Origin: Oligoflexia bacterium
GTDB taxonomy: Bacteria; Bdellovibrionota; Bdellovibrionia; JABDDW01
Length of the DNA stretch: 30,937 bases
Assembly: GCA_043732305.1 (NCBI GenBank)
Contig: JAYTHU010000120.1
Span: forward strand, 1 to 30,937
Direction of reading: 5' to 3'
In this document: positions 1 through 8,208 of the stretch, in pieces
Position numbering within the stretch: position 1 is the first letter of the stretch
How the letters are laid out: every line of letters begins with the position of its first letter
The notes under the pieces: model-generated
Database searches by the model: none
The model's input: the letters and a program-made list of their open reading frames with translations, nothing else
What the model was told of the DNA's origin: nothing
Position numbers and translations under genes: made by a program

Positions 1-11
1 TAGCAAACTTT

Positions 12-55
12 AATTAGAAAATAAGTTATCCACGTGGATAACTTATTTTCTAATT
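12..55. repeat. 44-bp perfect palindrome (AATTAGAAAATAAGTTATCCAC|GTGGATAACTTATTTTCTAATT)
   Basis: Checked base by base: 22 consecutive complementary pairs centred between 33 and 34, no loop; pairing fails at 11/56. Confidence 0.97.
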
Positions 56-272
56 CAATTATCGTAATATTTCATTCTTACTTGTGGGTAATAGTAAGGC
101 ATAGGGCGGAGCTCACCATTCCGACCAATAGGCAACTTTTAGTCCATTAAACTTGCCGTGTGCAGATTGAACAATGAGTTGTCTGAACACATGCGAACAT
201 TGAGAAAAGATGTGGAGACTTTACTTAAATCCTCTTGAATCCATTGGCTAGGTCAAAGGAACGTACGATGCT

Positions 273-1175
273 TTATTTGTTCTGTTGATCAATCATAAAT
301 TTTAAAATCTTCAGCTTTAGTCGAAAAAAAGGATTGTACGAGCCACATGGCATCCATGATTTTCTTAATCTGTACGAATAGGCGTCGAACTGCATACTCC
401 ACGGAGCAACCAGTCTATTCCCACGATTCAAAATATGCTTAAGAACCTCCGTCCCCATAACTCCAGCAGCGATTTCACAACCCATTGGAATCGACGGGGC
501 TCTGTTCTTGTAGGCATTGGCGTAGGATCTGTCGACTAAAGATTTTAAATGTAAAAAATTTGGCGAGACACCTAAAACAAGACGGCAATATTTTTCAATC
601 TGGCTTCGTCCTTGAAATCCAAAATACTGCTCAAAGGTCATTCCATTCGGATCAAAGCCCACAAACGCGGCCCCCATTCCAATTGGGGCAACGGTCAACG
701 CTGGAATTCCACGTTCTGCACAAGCCCTGAATAAAACTTCACGCAGATCAAGTGCAAATACGTCCAAGCCATCAACATAAATATCGACTCCTTCCAAAAA
801 TTTATCAATATTGTTTTCTTGAACACCCTCTCGAAAAGATATTATCTCAAGCTCTGGATTAATATCCAGAGCCCTTTGCCGCATAACTTCCACTTTTGGC
901 TGACAAAGACTTGTCATATCTGCGCCTGCTTGCCGATTAAAATTTTGTAGCTCAAAAACATCAAAATCTGAAATGTGAAAACTACCAATTCCCAAACGTA
1001 CTAGCGTTAGCAGGTGGGCGCCACCAACTCCACCCATTCCTGCAATAGCTACGCGAGACTTCTTTAAGAGTAGTTGTTCGGAGGGTACAATCCAACCTAG
1101 TGTTCGACAAAAAGCAGATGAATAATCAAACTTTTCAAGTACCGAGGGATTGTGCATATTTAATTTCACCGTCAT
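273..1175 (-). CDS. ThiF/MoeB (E1-like) adenylyltransferase, PRK08223-like; resembles the ThiF half of oxazolone synthetase OxzB
   Basis: VAIAGMGGVG nucleotide-binding loop, DFDVFELQNFNRQ ThiF motif, PKVEV...DINPELEI, N-terminal FDYSSAFCRTLG; no MoeB CxxC zinc motifs; start immediately follows the upstream stop at 1177. Confidence 0.9.
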   Translation of the reverse strand: MTVKLNMHNPSVLEKFDYSSAFCRTLGWIVPSEQLLLKKSRVAIAGMGGVGGAHLLTLVRLGIGSFHISDFDVFELQNFNRQAGADMTSLCQPKVEVMRQRALDINPELEIISFREGVQENNIDKFLEGVDIYVDGLDVFALDLREVLFRACAERGIPALTVAPIGMGAAFVGFDPNGMTFEQYFGFQGRSQIEKYCRLVLGVSPNFLHLKSLVDRSYANAYKNRAPSIPMGCEIAAGVMGTEVLKHILNRGNRLVAPWSMQFDAYSYRLRKSWMPCGSYNPFFRLKLKILKFMIDQQNK

Positions 1176-1176
1176 G

Positions 1177-2421
1177 TTAGGATACTTTTTTTGTACTCAC
1201 TGAAATCAATGAATCAAAATCCTGCCTTAAGTATTTAACAAAGTCTACCCAGTGTAAATCTGTTTTTAATAACTGAATCCCGTAAATCTTACGCCTCTTA
1301 TCTTCCCAACGAACCTCTCCTCGAACTTCAGCAATTCTCCCATCGGCCACTTGGATTTTAAGGAGAACAATTCCACTTAAGTGGACAGATGCAGCCACGC
1401 ACAGCCCCCCTCGCGCGACATCAAGAACGGCTAGACTTAATTTCTGGTGAGAGGATGATTGTCCGATCAAGTTTACATGGTAACGAACATTATCCCTTTG
1501 CTTCTCTAGTTTAATATGCGGAAGAACTGCGTGATAGTGTTCGTCTGGATAAACGGCAGCAAGCCCCATTTTTTCTTGCAACGTGAGCTCTGAAAAAACC
1601 TCTGATTTTTTGACAAAGAAATACTCCAACATTTCTGGAGTCATGACTGGATCTGAGGACTTATTAAAATTCCTATGTGGCAGTTCAAAATGAGGTAATT
1701 TGAGGTCCACAAAATATCGATATAAATTTTTTTCAGGTGCTTTGCGATCGTATAGTCCTGCAAACAATTTTGGGGCTTCACGAACGTTTAAATAAAAGCC
1801 AACTCCGGGGTTTCCATTGGCAAAACTATAATCAGAAACCTCCGCGTGCTTTAGTCGTTTAAAACCTAAAAAACCTTCATAAAAATCAGTCATCGATGGA
1901 TTAACAGCAATGACGATTGAATCAAGATTCATAAATTCATCCACATAATTCCAAAAATACTTTAGTAAAGGCAAAAAAAGTGCGCCCCTTTTTTGGCGAA
2001 ATTTTGAATCAATCGCCAAAGACGAAACCTCTGCAATAACTTCATTGCGGTCGATAATTTCAGATAGATTGAACGCGGACTCCATCGGCAAACCAAACGA
2101 TCCACGCCGAACAATTGAAATGGTACCAACAACTTTGCTGTTAAAAAGCGCGATCAATGTAGTGGTAGAGGGAAGGGCAAAATATTTCACAATTCGCATT
2201 CCAGAAATGTGCGACTTCGAATAACCCAATTCTAAATAGCTATCATGAAGAATTCGGTAGGCCTCTGATAATTCCTCTTGAGTCCGTGCAATTCGGAAGA
2301 GAAATTTAGAGTCCACCTCATTGGAAATTTTAAGCTGATCTCGCATTATTGCAAACCGAAGTTTTGCAGGAAGCATTGAGAGCAGACGACGCGCCACCGG
2401 CAACTTTCTTCGATCTGACAT
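1177..2421 (-). CDS. FeeM-like N-acyl amino acid synthase (GNAT fold) with C-terminal PilZ domain
   Basis: FRIARTQEELSEAYRILHDSY, VVGTISIV, GLPMESAF, AEVSSLAID, IAVNPSMTDFYEGFLGF are typical of FeeM/NAS acyltransferases. C-terminal RDNVR...DVARGG is a PilZ-type signature. ATG 2421 has GGAG upstream (alternative start GTG 2433). Confidence 0.8.
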   Translation of the reverse strand: MSDRRKLPVARRLLSMLPAKLRFAIMRDQLKISNEVDSKFLFRIARTQEELSEAYRILHDSYLELGYSKSHISGMRIVKYFALPSTTTLIALFNSKVVGTISIVRRGSFGLPMESAFNLSEIIDRNEVIAEVSSLAIDSKFRQKRGALFLPLLKYFWNYVDEFMNLDSIVIAVNPSMTDFYEGFLGFKRLKHAEVSDYSFANGNPGVGFYLNVREAPKLFAGLYDRKAPEKNLYRYFVDLKLPHFELPHRNFNKSSDPVMTPEMLEYFFVKKSEVFSELTLQEKMGLAAVYPDEHYHAVLPHIKLEKQRDNVRYHVNLIGQSSSHQKLSLAVLDVARGGLCVAASVHLSGIVLLKIQVADGRIAEVRGEVRWEDKRRKIYGIQLLKTDLHWVDFVKYLRQDFDSLISVSTKKVS

Positions 2422-2474
2422 TTCATTCTCCACGAATTTCGATAGCTACTTTGATCAATTGAACTTCATCTAAA

Positions 2475-2502
2475 TGATCGGTTGCGATTTAGTTAAACTT
2501 AA
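2475..2502 (-). promoter_or_regulatory. Putative sigma-28 (FliA) promoter for the acyltransferase-ThiF operon
   Basis: Minus strand TTAAGTTT-N12-ACCGATCA versus consensus TAAAGTTT-N11-GCCGATAA, about 55 nt upstream of the start; spacer is 1 nt long. Confidence 0.4.
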
Positions 2503-2663
2503 GACAATGGTCTACAAATGGAGCCGAGGGAAATCATTCGGTGGCTCAAAATAAAACGCTTACTAAAATCGACGTAAATCCGACAAGTCTATAGACAATT
2601 AAAATGAAATTATGAAATCATAAATTTTTGGTTTCAAGGTCTCAATCAAAGCAGGGGTGCCGT

Positions 2664-3776
2664 GTGTCCGATTCTATAGAACAACAAAACAGTTCATTGG
2701 ACAGGCTGAACAGGTGGTTTGAGCTTGCCACTCTTGCTCCTTCAGGAGCTAATCTTCAACCATGGTCCTATAGTGGCAAGCCGATTGGAAATGGGTTTAA
2801 AATCACTCTGGGGCTTGAACGTGATTATTTAAATTCGCCTTCTTCAATTGATCCTCTTTTTATCGCAGTCGCCATTTCTTTGGGTGCTTTCGCTAGGAAC
2901 TTAGAAATCGCAGCACTACTCGACGGTTTCCATTGTTCGAATATTGAGCAGCTGGGAGAGAGGGCTTCTGAATGGCGTTGGATTTTTGAGTTTCGTCCGT
3001 CCCTCGGATCCGCGATGGATGCGCAACACTTGAAAACCAGCATTCGCAAACGAGTTTCGAATCGAAACCCATACTCTCGAACTCCAATGGCTACATCTGA
3101 CTGGGAAATGACCTGTAAAATTTTGGGAAAAAATCCAGATTTCACTTTGACGCGATCCCCAATACGCCACCGATATATTTGGATTAAGATCCTCTCAATA
3201 TTAGAAAAAATACGATGCCACGATGATCGACTTCGAACTGAACTTTTTAAAGAATTTCGTACTCAAGAAGAATTACGTAGGGACCCTATTGGATTACCAA
3301 TGGAAACAGTCACGGCCTCAACTACTCAACGTTGGTTTTTGCTTCAACTAAAAAAATGGCCTAAACTACAATTCATTTTAAAATGCGGAGCAGAATACTT
3401 TTTTATAAGATCAAGCATTCGCAAACCATTGATCCATGCAGGTGAGGTGTTAATACTTCAGTCTCACAATCCCGATGCACGTTTCGGCTTCGAAATGGGA
3501 AAACTTCTTGAGGAGCTTTGGCTACGATGGACAGAGCGTGGATATTCACTCCAAATTTTAGCTCTTCCTTTACTTATCCACGGGGCTCAAAGCGACGACT
3601 TTACATCAAGGCTTTCAACCCACAATCAAGATATGCTGAAAAAAGCGAGCCGAATTGCAAAGGACAAACTTGCGATGAACTTGAACTTGCCAACATTGGT
3701 TATTAGAATTGGAAAAGCCAAAATAGAATCTCCCCAGAGTCCGCGACGAAACAATTTTCAGGAGAAGTCTCAATGA
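2664..3776 (+). CDS. Nitroreductase-superfamily (Acg/OxzB-like) FMN-dependent oxidoreductase
   Basis: ATLAPSGANLQPW and IRKRVSNRNPY motifs, ISLGAFARNLEIAA, GKLLEELWLRWTERG, C-terminal IRIG...SPRR. GTG 2664 follows AGGGG (track start 2628). Confidence 0.8.
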   Translation: MSDSIEQQNSSLDRLNRWFELATLAPSGANLQPWSYSGKPIGNGFKITLGLERDYLNSPSSIDPLFIAVAISLGAFARNLEIAALLDGFHCSNIEQLGERASEWRWIFEFRPSLGSAMDAQHLKTSIRKRVSNRNPYSRTPMATSDWEMTCKILGKNPDFTLTRSPIRHRYIWIKILSILEKIRCHDDRLRTELFKEFRTQEELRRDPIGLPMETVTASTTQRWFLLQLKKWPKLQFILKCGAEYFFIRSSIRKPLIHAGEVLILQSHNPDARFGFEMGKLLEELWLRWTERGYSLQILALPLLIHGAQSDDFTSRLSTHNQDMLKKASRIAKDKLAMNLNLPTLVIRIGKAKIESPQSPRRNNFQEKSQ

Positions 3777-3887
3777 CGTCCCCCCAGAGCAAGCCCTCCT
3801 TACTTTAAGTTCTTTCGAATGACACTCGATCAAATTGAATCTCAAAAATTCGCGCGAATTCCGCAGAGGCGCTAGATCTTAAAATCA

Positions 3888-5069
3888 TCAGGGCACAATT
3901 TTTGAAATCACCTTTAAGTAAATTTCGCTTTGATCCAAATAAGGTTCTAAGTATTTGCCACGTTGGCCATTGAAAAACTCGCCGCCAATATGAAAATCGA
4001 CAATCGATCGATCATTCCATGAGTAATCAATACGCAATCCAGCGGACCCATCCAGAGTGTTATCAAACCCCAAAATCTCGAATGTGTCTTTATGAGTACC
4101 GGAGTATAAGGCCCTGATTGTAACTAGGCCTGTGTTGTAATTCGTTAAAGCACCTAGGTTCTGGCCCATCAACTTTGATTCGGCATACTGAATGCTAAAA
4201 ATCGTACTCAAAAATATTGGGGTGTCATAGCCTGCGACATAAATAGTTTGATCTGATTTGACAGTCGTCAGCTGACTTGTTGAAAAGCTTCGTCCCATTG
4301 GATAGTCAAAATCTATTCGCAGCATACCGCCCGCTAATTTGACCGATGCTCCCAACGCAAGAAGAGAATAGGTAGCGTGGCTTTCCTGTAGGTTGCTTGG
4401 CCCTGTCAATATCGTGTATTGAGGATCCCGATCAGCCAACGAGAAGCCGCTGAATTGCCAATCCATCCAGGAGTTATTTCCTGAGATTCGTCCGCCATAG
4501 TCTAGAGTGGTTGGTGTATTCTTGATGATTAAAGTTCCAGAATTTATTCCTTCCGCAGAAAGAGAATATTTATTTTGAGAAGGTACCCCTGCTAACGCCG
4601 TCAAAGTTATTTGTTCGCCGAAATAATCAAGCTTTACCATGGGTGACGAATATTTATCTTTGTCTTCTGTAAAGGGCGACCTTCGATAGTCATATCCGGT
4701 AAAAAGGTTAGTCAGCTCAGGTCCTAAGTTTTGTGTCCAATCAATTTTAGTGAAGCCTGTTAAAACCTGAAAGTGCCCCATTTTAATTAAGCAGTCAAAG
4801 TCCCTGGGGTTGACTTCAGAGATCGTCCCGCCTTGCGATTTATACATAGTGGAATACGATTTAGCATTGAGTTCAAAAGCACATGAAAAATAATTGGTCC
4901 AATTAAATTTTTGACTGATAGTTGAGAAAAATTTTGGCGTCAATTGTTGAGGAGAACCAGACTGCCACTGACCTAATTCAGCATCAACTTCAATTGCAAA
5001 CTGGGATTTCGCAGCCCACACCTCATTCGCCCCATAAAAAATCAACAAATAAAAAATAGCCTTAATCAT
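3888..5069 (-). CDS. Putative outer-membrane beta-barrel protein of the export operon
   Basis: Signal peptide ending VWA-A, alternating beta-strand pattern with aromatic residues, last gene of a LolA-like/ABC operon; lacks a terminal Phe. Confidence 0.6.
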   Translation of the reverse strand: MIKAIFYLLIFYGANEVWAAKSQFAIEVDAELGQWQSGSPQQLTPKFFSTISQKFNWTNYFSCAFELNAKSYSTMYKSQGGTISEVNPRDFDCLIKMGHFQVLTGFTKIDWTQNLGPELTNLFTGYDYRRSPFTEDKDKYSSPMVKLDYFGEQITLTALAGVPSQNKYSLSAEGINSGTLIIKNTPTTLDYGGRISGNNSWMDWQFSGFSLADRDPQYTILTGPSNLQESHATYSLLALGASVKLAGGMLRIDFDYPMGRSFSTSQLTTVKSDQTIYVAGYDTPIFLSTIFSIQYAESKLMGQNLGALTNYNTGLVTIRALYSGTHKDTFEILGFDNTLDGSAGLRIDYSWNDRSIVDFHIGGEFFNGQRGKYLEPYLDQSEIYLKVISKIVP

Positions 5070-5073
5070 AAAG

Positions 5074-6291
5074 TCATATATTTTTTCTTAAGGCTTCGAC
5101 AATATTAAGTCGAAGCCCTTTCGAAATTGGAATTAATGAGGCAACAATAGTGGCTATGAAAATGAGTATGCCAGCACTAAGGAAAGCACTGAGGGAAAAA
5201 CTAAATCGTACTGGTAAAGGTACCGAAGCTCCAGGAACGTCAAAAACAAGCCCTATGGCACTAATAAAATTTCCCAAAAGAAACGCCGCAGATGAACCCA
5301 GAATAATTCCAGCCAGAACCAATATTAATGTTTCAATCATAAACAAATTGTAAATTTCTTTCTTCGTGGTTCCCAATGAGCGGAGGGTACCAATCTCGCC
5401 AATTCGTTCAAGTACGCTCATTCCTATCGTATTTAGAATTCCCAAAACCACAATTGATATTAAAATTGATTGAATGATGAGATTCTGAGTGTCGTAGAAA
5501 CTTTTAACCTTTCGAAAAAGTTCAGCCAAAGAAATCCAATCTCTCTTTTCAATGTCTAAGGAAGTCGAATTGATAATTTGATCTAACTTCGGTGACACCA
5601 ATGATAGATCAGCCGAATTTTTGAGCTTTACAACGAGGACATCGACTCCCGAAGTTTGCATCAAATTTTGCAAATCAGATAATTCGAAATAAGCGAAGTA
5701 TTTATCAATCTCTTCCGTGCCTGTAGAAAAAAAACCAACAACTCTGAAATCGCCAGCATTGACGACTTTTTTAACCGAATTTGCCACTAAAGTTATTTCA
5801 TCCCCAACTTTAATTCCTAATCGATGAGCCAGGAGGTGACCCACCATAATTTCTTTACCTTGATCGTTCGAAAAATATTTTCCCTCTAAAATTTTTAGGG
5901 TCTTCATGATCCCAGTTTCAAGCTTTAGATCATACCCCATCAATGAGACATTCTCGGTTTTCTCGCCAGAACTAATCAACCCAAAAGCACTTAGGCGCCC
6001 GGACACGGATTTGACCTCTGGCAGCTGTTTAATTTGGTCAGCTAGGGTAGAAACATTATTTAAAAGAGTTTCATTTCTTGGCAGATTCGTATTTTGCCAA
6101 TAATTTTTTTTTGCAATCTGAAAATGTCCATAGTGCATTTCTGTAGACACTTCCTCAACCGCATTTATGGAATGGTCTGTAAAACCTCTAAATAAAACTA
6201 AAGCAACAATGGACCCAGAAATCATTAAAAGACTTAAAAATGTTCTCTCTTTATTCCTCATTAGATTTCGTGCTGCGAATTTAAAACTCAC
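5074..6291 (-). CDS. ABC transporter permease, LolC/E-FtsX-MacB family
   Basis: AARNLMRNKERTFLS start, one TM + large periplasmic domain + three TMs, NTIGMSVLERIGEIGTLRSLG motif, IVEALR end. Confidence 0.93.
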   Translation of the reverse strand: MSFKFAARNLMRNKERTFLSLLMISGSIVALVLFRGFTDHSINAVEEVSTEMHYGHFQIAKKNYWQNTNLPRNETLLNNVSTLADQIKQLPEVKSVSGRLSAFGLISSGEKTENVSLMGYDLKLETGIMKTLKILEGKYFSNDQGKEIMVGHLLAHRLGIKVGDEITLVANSVKKVVNAGDFRVVGFFSTGTEEIDKYFAYFELSDLQNLMQTSGVDVLVVKLKNSADLSLVSPKLDQIINSTSLDIEKRDWISLAELFRKVKSFYDTQNLIIQSILISIVVLGILNTIGMSVLERIGEIGTLRSLGTTKKEIYNLFMIETLILVLAGIILGSSAAFLLGNFISAIGLVFDVPGASVPLPVRFSFSLSAFLSAGILIFIATIVASLIPISKGLRLNIVEALRKNI

Positions 6292-6962
6292 GATATTTGT
6301 ACCTGTCCATTTTGAATTTTAAATTTATAATCACTATTTTCTAAAAAATATAGGTCATGACTGCTGCACAGGATTGTGACTCGCGATTTTCTTTGAATAT
6401 CGATTAAGAGCTGGGCAATATGATTTGATGATTCTTCGTCCAAATTTGCGGTTGGTTCATCTGCGATAATAAGCGCTGGTTTTTTAACAATTGCACGGGC
6501 AATTGAAACTCGCTGGCGTTGCCCCCCACTCAGCTGCTGGGGGAATCGCTTTGAAAATTCACTTAAGCCAACTTGTTCCAAGACCTCGCTGACGAGGTGT
6601 CGTCTGTCCTTGAGCGGGACATCCAAAAGACTCAAAGGATATTCGACATTCTCATGAACGGTCATGGTCGGAATTAAATTAAAATTTTGAAAAATATACC
6701 CAATTTTTCTGCGACGTAAATTAGTGAGTTCAAGATCATTCAGTTGCTGCACATTCACGTCTTCAAAGAAATAAGTTCCCCGACTAAAATCGTCGATGCA
6801 TCCGACGATTTGCAAAAGTGTAGTCTTGCCACTTCCAGATCTTCCATGAAGGCCAATAAATTTTCCAGTCTCGATATTTAAAGACAGGTCTGCGAGAACT
6901 GCACTTTCGTCTTCACCAGTGAGATAATTTTTATACAAATTTTCAATTCTAATAAGGCTCAT
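6288..6962 (-). CDS. ABC transporter ATP-binding protein, LolD/MacB-like
   Basis: Walker A GRSGSGKT, signature LSGGQRQR, Walker B IIADEPTANLD. True start ATG 6962 after AGGAG; track start 7031 overlaps the upstream gene. Confidence 0.95.
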   Translation of the reverse strand: MSLIRIENLYKNYLTGEDESAVLADLSLNIETGKFIGLHGRSGSGKTTLLQIVGCIDDFSRGTYFFEDVNVQQLNDLELTNLRRRKIGYIFQNFNLIPTMTVHENVEYPLSLLDVPLKDRRHLVSEVLEQVGLSEFSKRFPQQLSGGQRQRVSIARAIVKKPALIIADEPTANLDEESSNHIAQLLIDIQRKSRVTILCSSHDLYFLENSDYKFKIQNGQVQIS

Positions 6963-6969
6963 CGAACTC

Positions 6970-7671
6970 CTAATTGGCCAAGGCGTCCTTGTTGAAATAG
7001 CTGCTATCAAATTTAACCAAGGCATAGCCAAAGTTTTTCATCGTGGTTTGTTCGTGAGTATTTCGATCTGTAATCACCGTCATGATACAAATTTCTTGAC
7101 CAAGAATTTTTTTAAACTTCAGATATTCAGCGGTTTTTAGCTCTTTGCCAGAGGCCGCATAAAAAACAGCCTTTAAAGGCTTGTGATTTTTTTTATCTAA
7201 AAAATAATGGATTTTTTGATAGGCCGCTCCGTCGGACTTCTTAATCAACTCAAATATTTCGATATTATCCGGAGCATCTTTTCTGTTTACTAAAAGCCTC
7301 GTGGCTGAATAATCGTCTTTGAAGTCAGTTCTTAAAATGTCACCGTTCGAAACATCCCCGGCTAGCCTTTGATCCAGAGTAACTCGAATTGGTCTTTTAC
7401 TTCCTGGAGTGAAAAGCCATAGATCATCATTTTTCATCAAGAGTTTGCGGTTTATTGAATTTGCTGGCTTGGTTTGAATTAGCAAGGAATTCTTACCGCT
7501 CATTGAGACTTCAAATTCAGAGCTATCTCCCGATTTCTTTTCTTCTACAACAACTTTAAATCTGTGTGACAGAATCAACGACCTAAATTTGTCAGCCTCT
7601 GCGATAGAGTTTCCACTGGCGATTGCAAAATTGGAAATAACCAATGTTCCGAGCCATATAAAATATCTCAT
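6970..7671 (-). CDS. Outer-membrane lipoprotein-sorting (LolA-like) periplasmic protein
   Basis: Signal peptide ending AIA-S; LLMKNDDLWLFTPGSKRPIRV...QRLAGDVSNGDI and FYAASGKELK are characteristic of the LolA_like family. Confidence 0.85.
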   Translation of the reverse strand: MRYFIWLGTLVISNFAIASGNSIAEADKFRSLILSHRFKVVVEEKKSGDSSEFEVSMSGKNSLLIQTKPANSINRKLLMKNDDLWLFTPGSKRPIRVTLDQRLAGDVSNGDILRTDFKDDYSATRLLVNRKDAPDNIEIFELIKKSDGAAYQKIHYFLDKKNHKPLKAVFYAASGKELKTAEYLKFKKILGQEICIMTVITDRNTHEQTTMKNFGYALVKFDSSYFNKDALAN

Positions 7672-7998
7672 TCTAACCCATCCCTAGCATACGAAATGAT
7701 TGAATTTTTTTTTCGTTGGACCTCTTTATTTTCTTATTAAAGCCCATTGGATTCAACTGAATTCTGCATAGGTGCAAATGTAGCGAATAAAATGGAGAAC
7801 ACATTGCATGACAAAAGGCCAGGGTGCTCCACCTGATCTGACTAGCGATTTGCTTCGTACCTATCACCATTATTCTTAAAAATCTCAGTGTGATATTCAG
7901 ACGTCAAATCAAAGAAGTTCTTTTTTTTCAGCCAATATGATTTTTTTTTGAAAGGCATAAAGTTGAAAGGAGCTCGACCGCTCTTGGATTGCAGTGAT

Positions 7999-8208
7999 TT
8001 AATGATAGCGTCGCGAATGATAGCTATGGCATGCGATTTTATTAAATGCTGAAGGACAGCTCCAGTTTGATGTGAGATGCTGAAGGGCTTTGAATTGAAG
8101 TTCGGTCACAAGCTTCATCGGAATATCGGGTCGGCCAATGCTAAGGCATCCTAAATAAAATATTATAAATGCTAGTGCCAGTGATGTTAATGCGCCTTGA
8201 AAGTTCAT
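7999..8208 (-). CDS. Small single-TM hypothetical protein (69 aa)
   Basis: AAGGAG RBS 6 nt before ATG, hydrophobic N-terminal helix, directly downstream of the recombinase-domain gene. Confidence 0.6.
   Translation of the reverse strand: MNFQGALTSLALAFIIFYLGCLSIGRPDIPMKLVTELQFKALQHLTSNWSCPSAFNKIACHSYHSRRYH

Noticed and set aside
1..270. Chromosomal oriC (DnaA-box-like 26-34, 33-41, 83-91, weaker 211-219)
   Set aside because: No perfect box and no dnaA/dnaN/gidA context; it lies in an accessory region. Kept only as part of the palindrome finding.
273..3776. RiPP (microcin C or azole-type) cluster based on ThiF + nitroreductase
   Set aside because: No YcaO, no recognisable RRE or peptidase, and no convincing precursor ORF; the FeeM-like acyltransferase fits an N-acyl amino acid pathway better.
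3847..3860. Palindrome AATTCGCGCGAATT between convergent genes
   Set aside because: Short, weak stem; could aid termination but cannot be supported as a terminator.
7673..7870. 65-aa ORF as precursor peptide or leader
   Set aside because: No RBS, runs through a poly-A tract in the likely promoter region, no precursor-like features.
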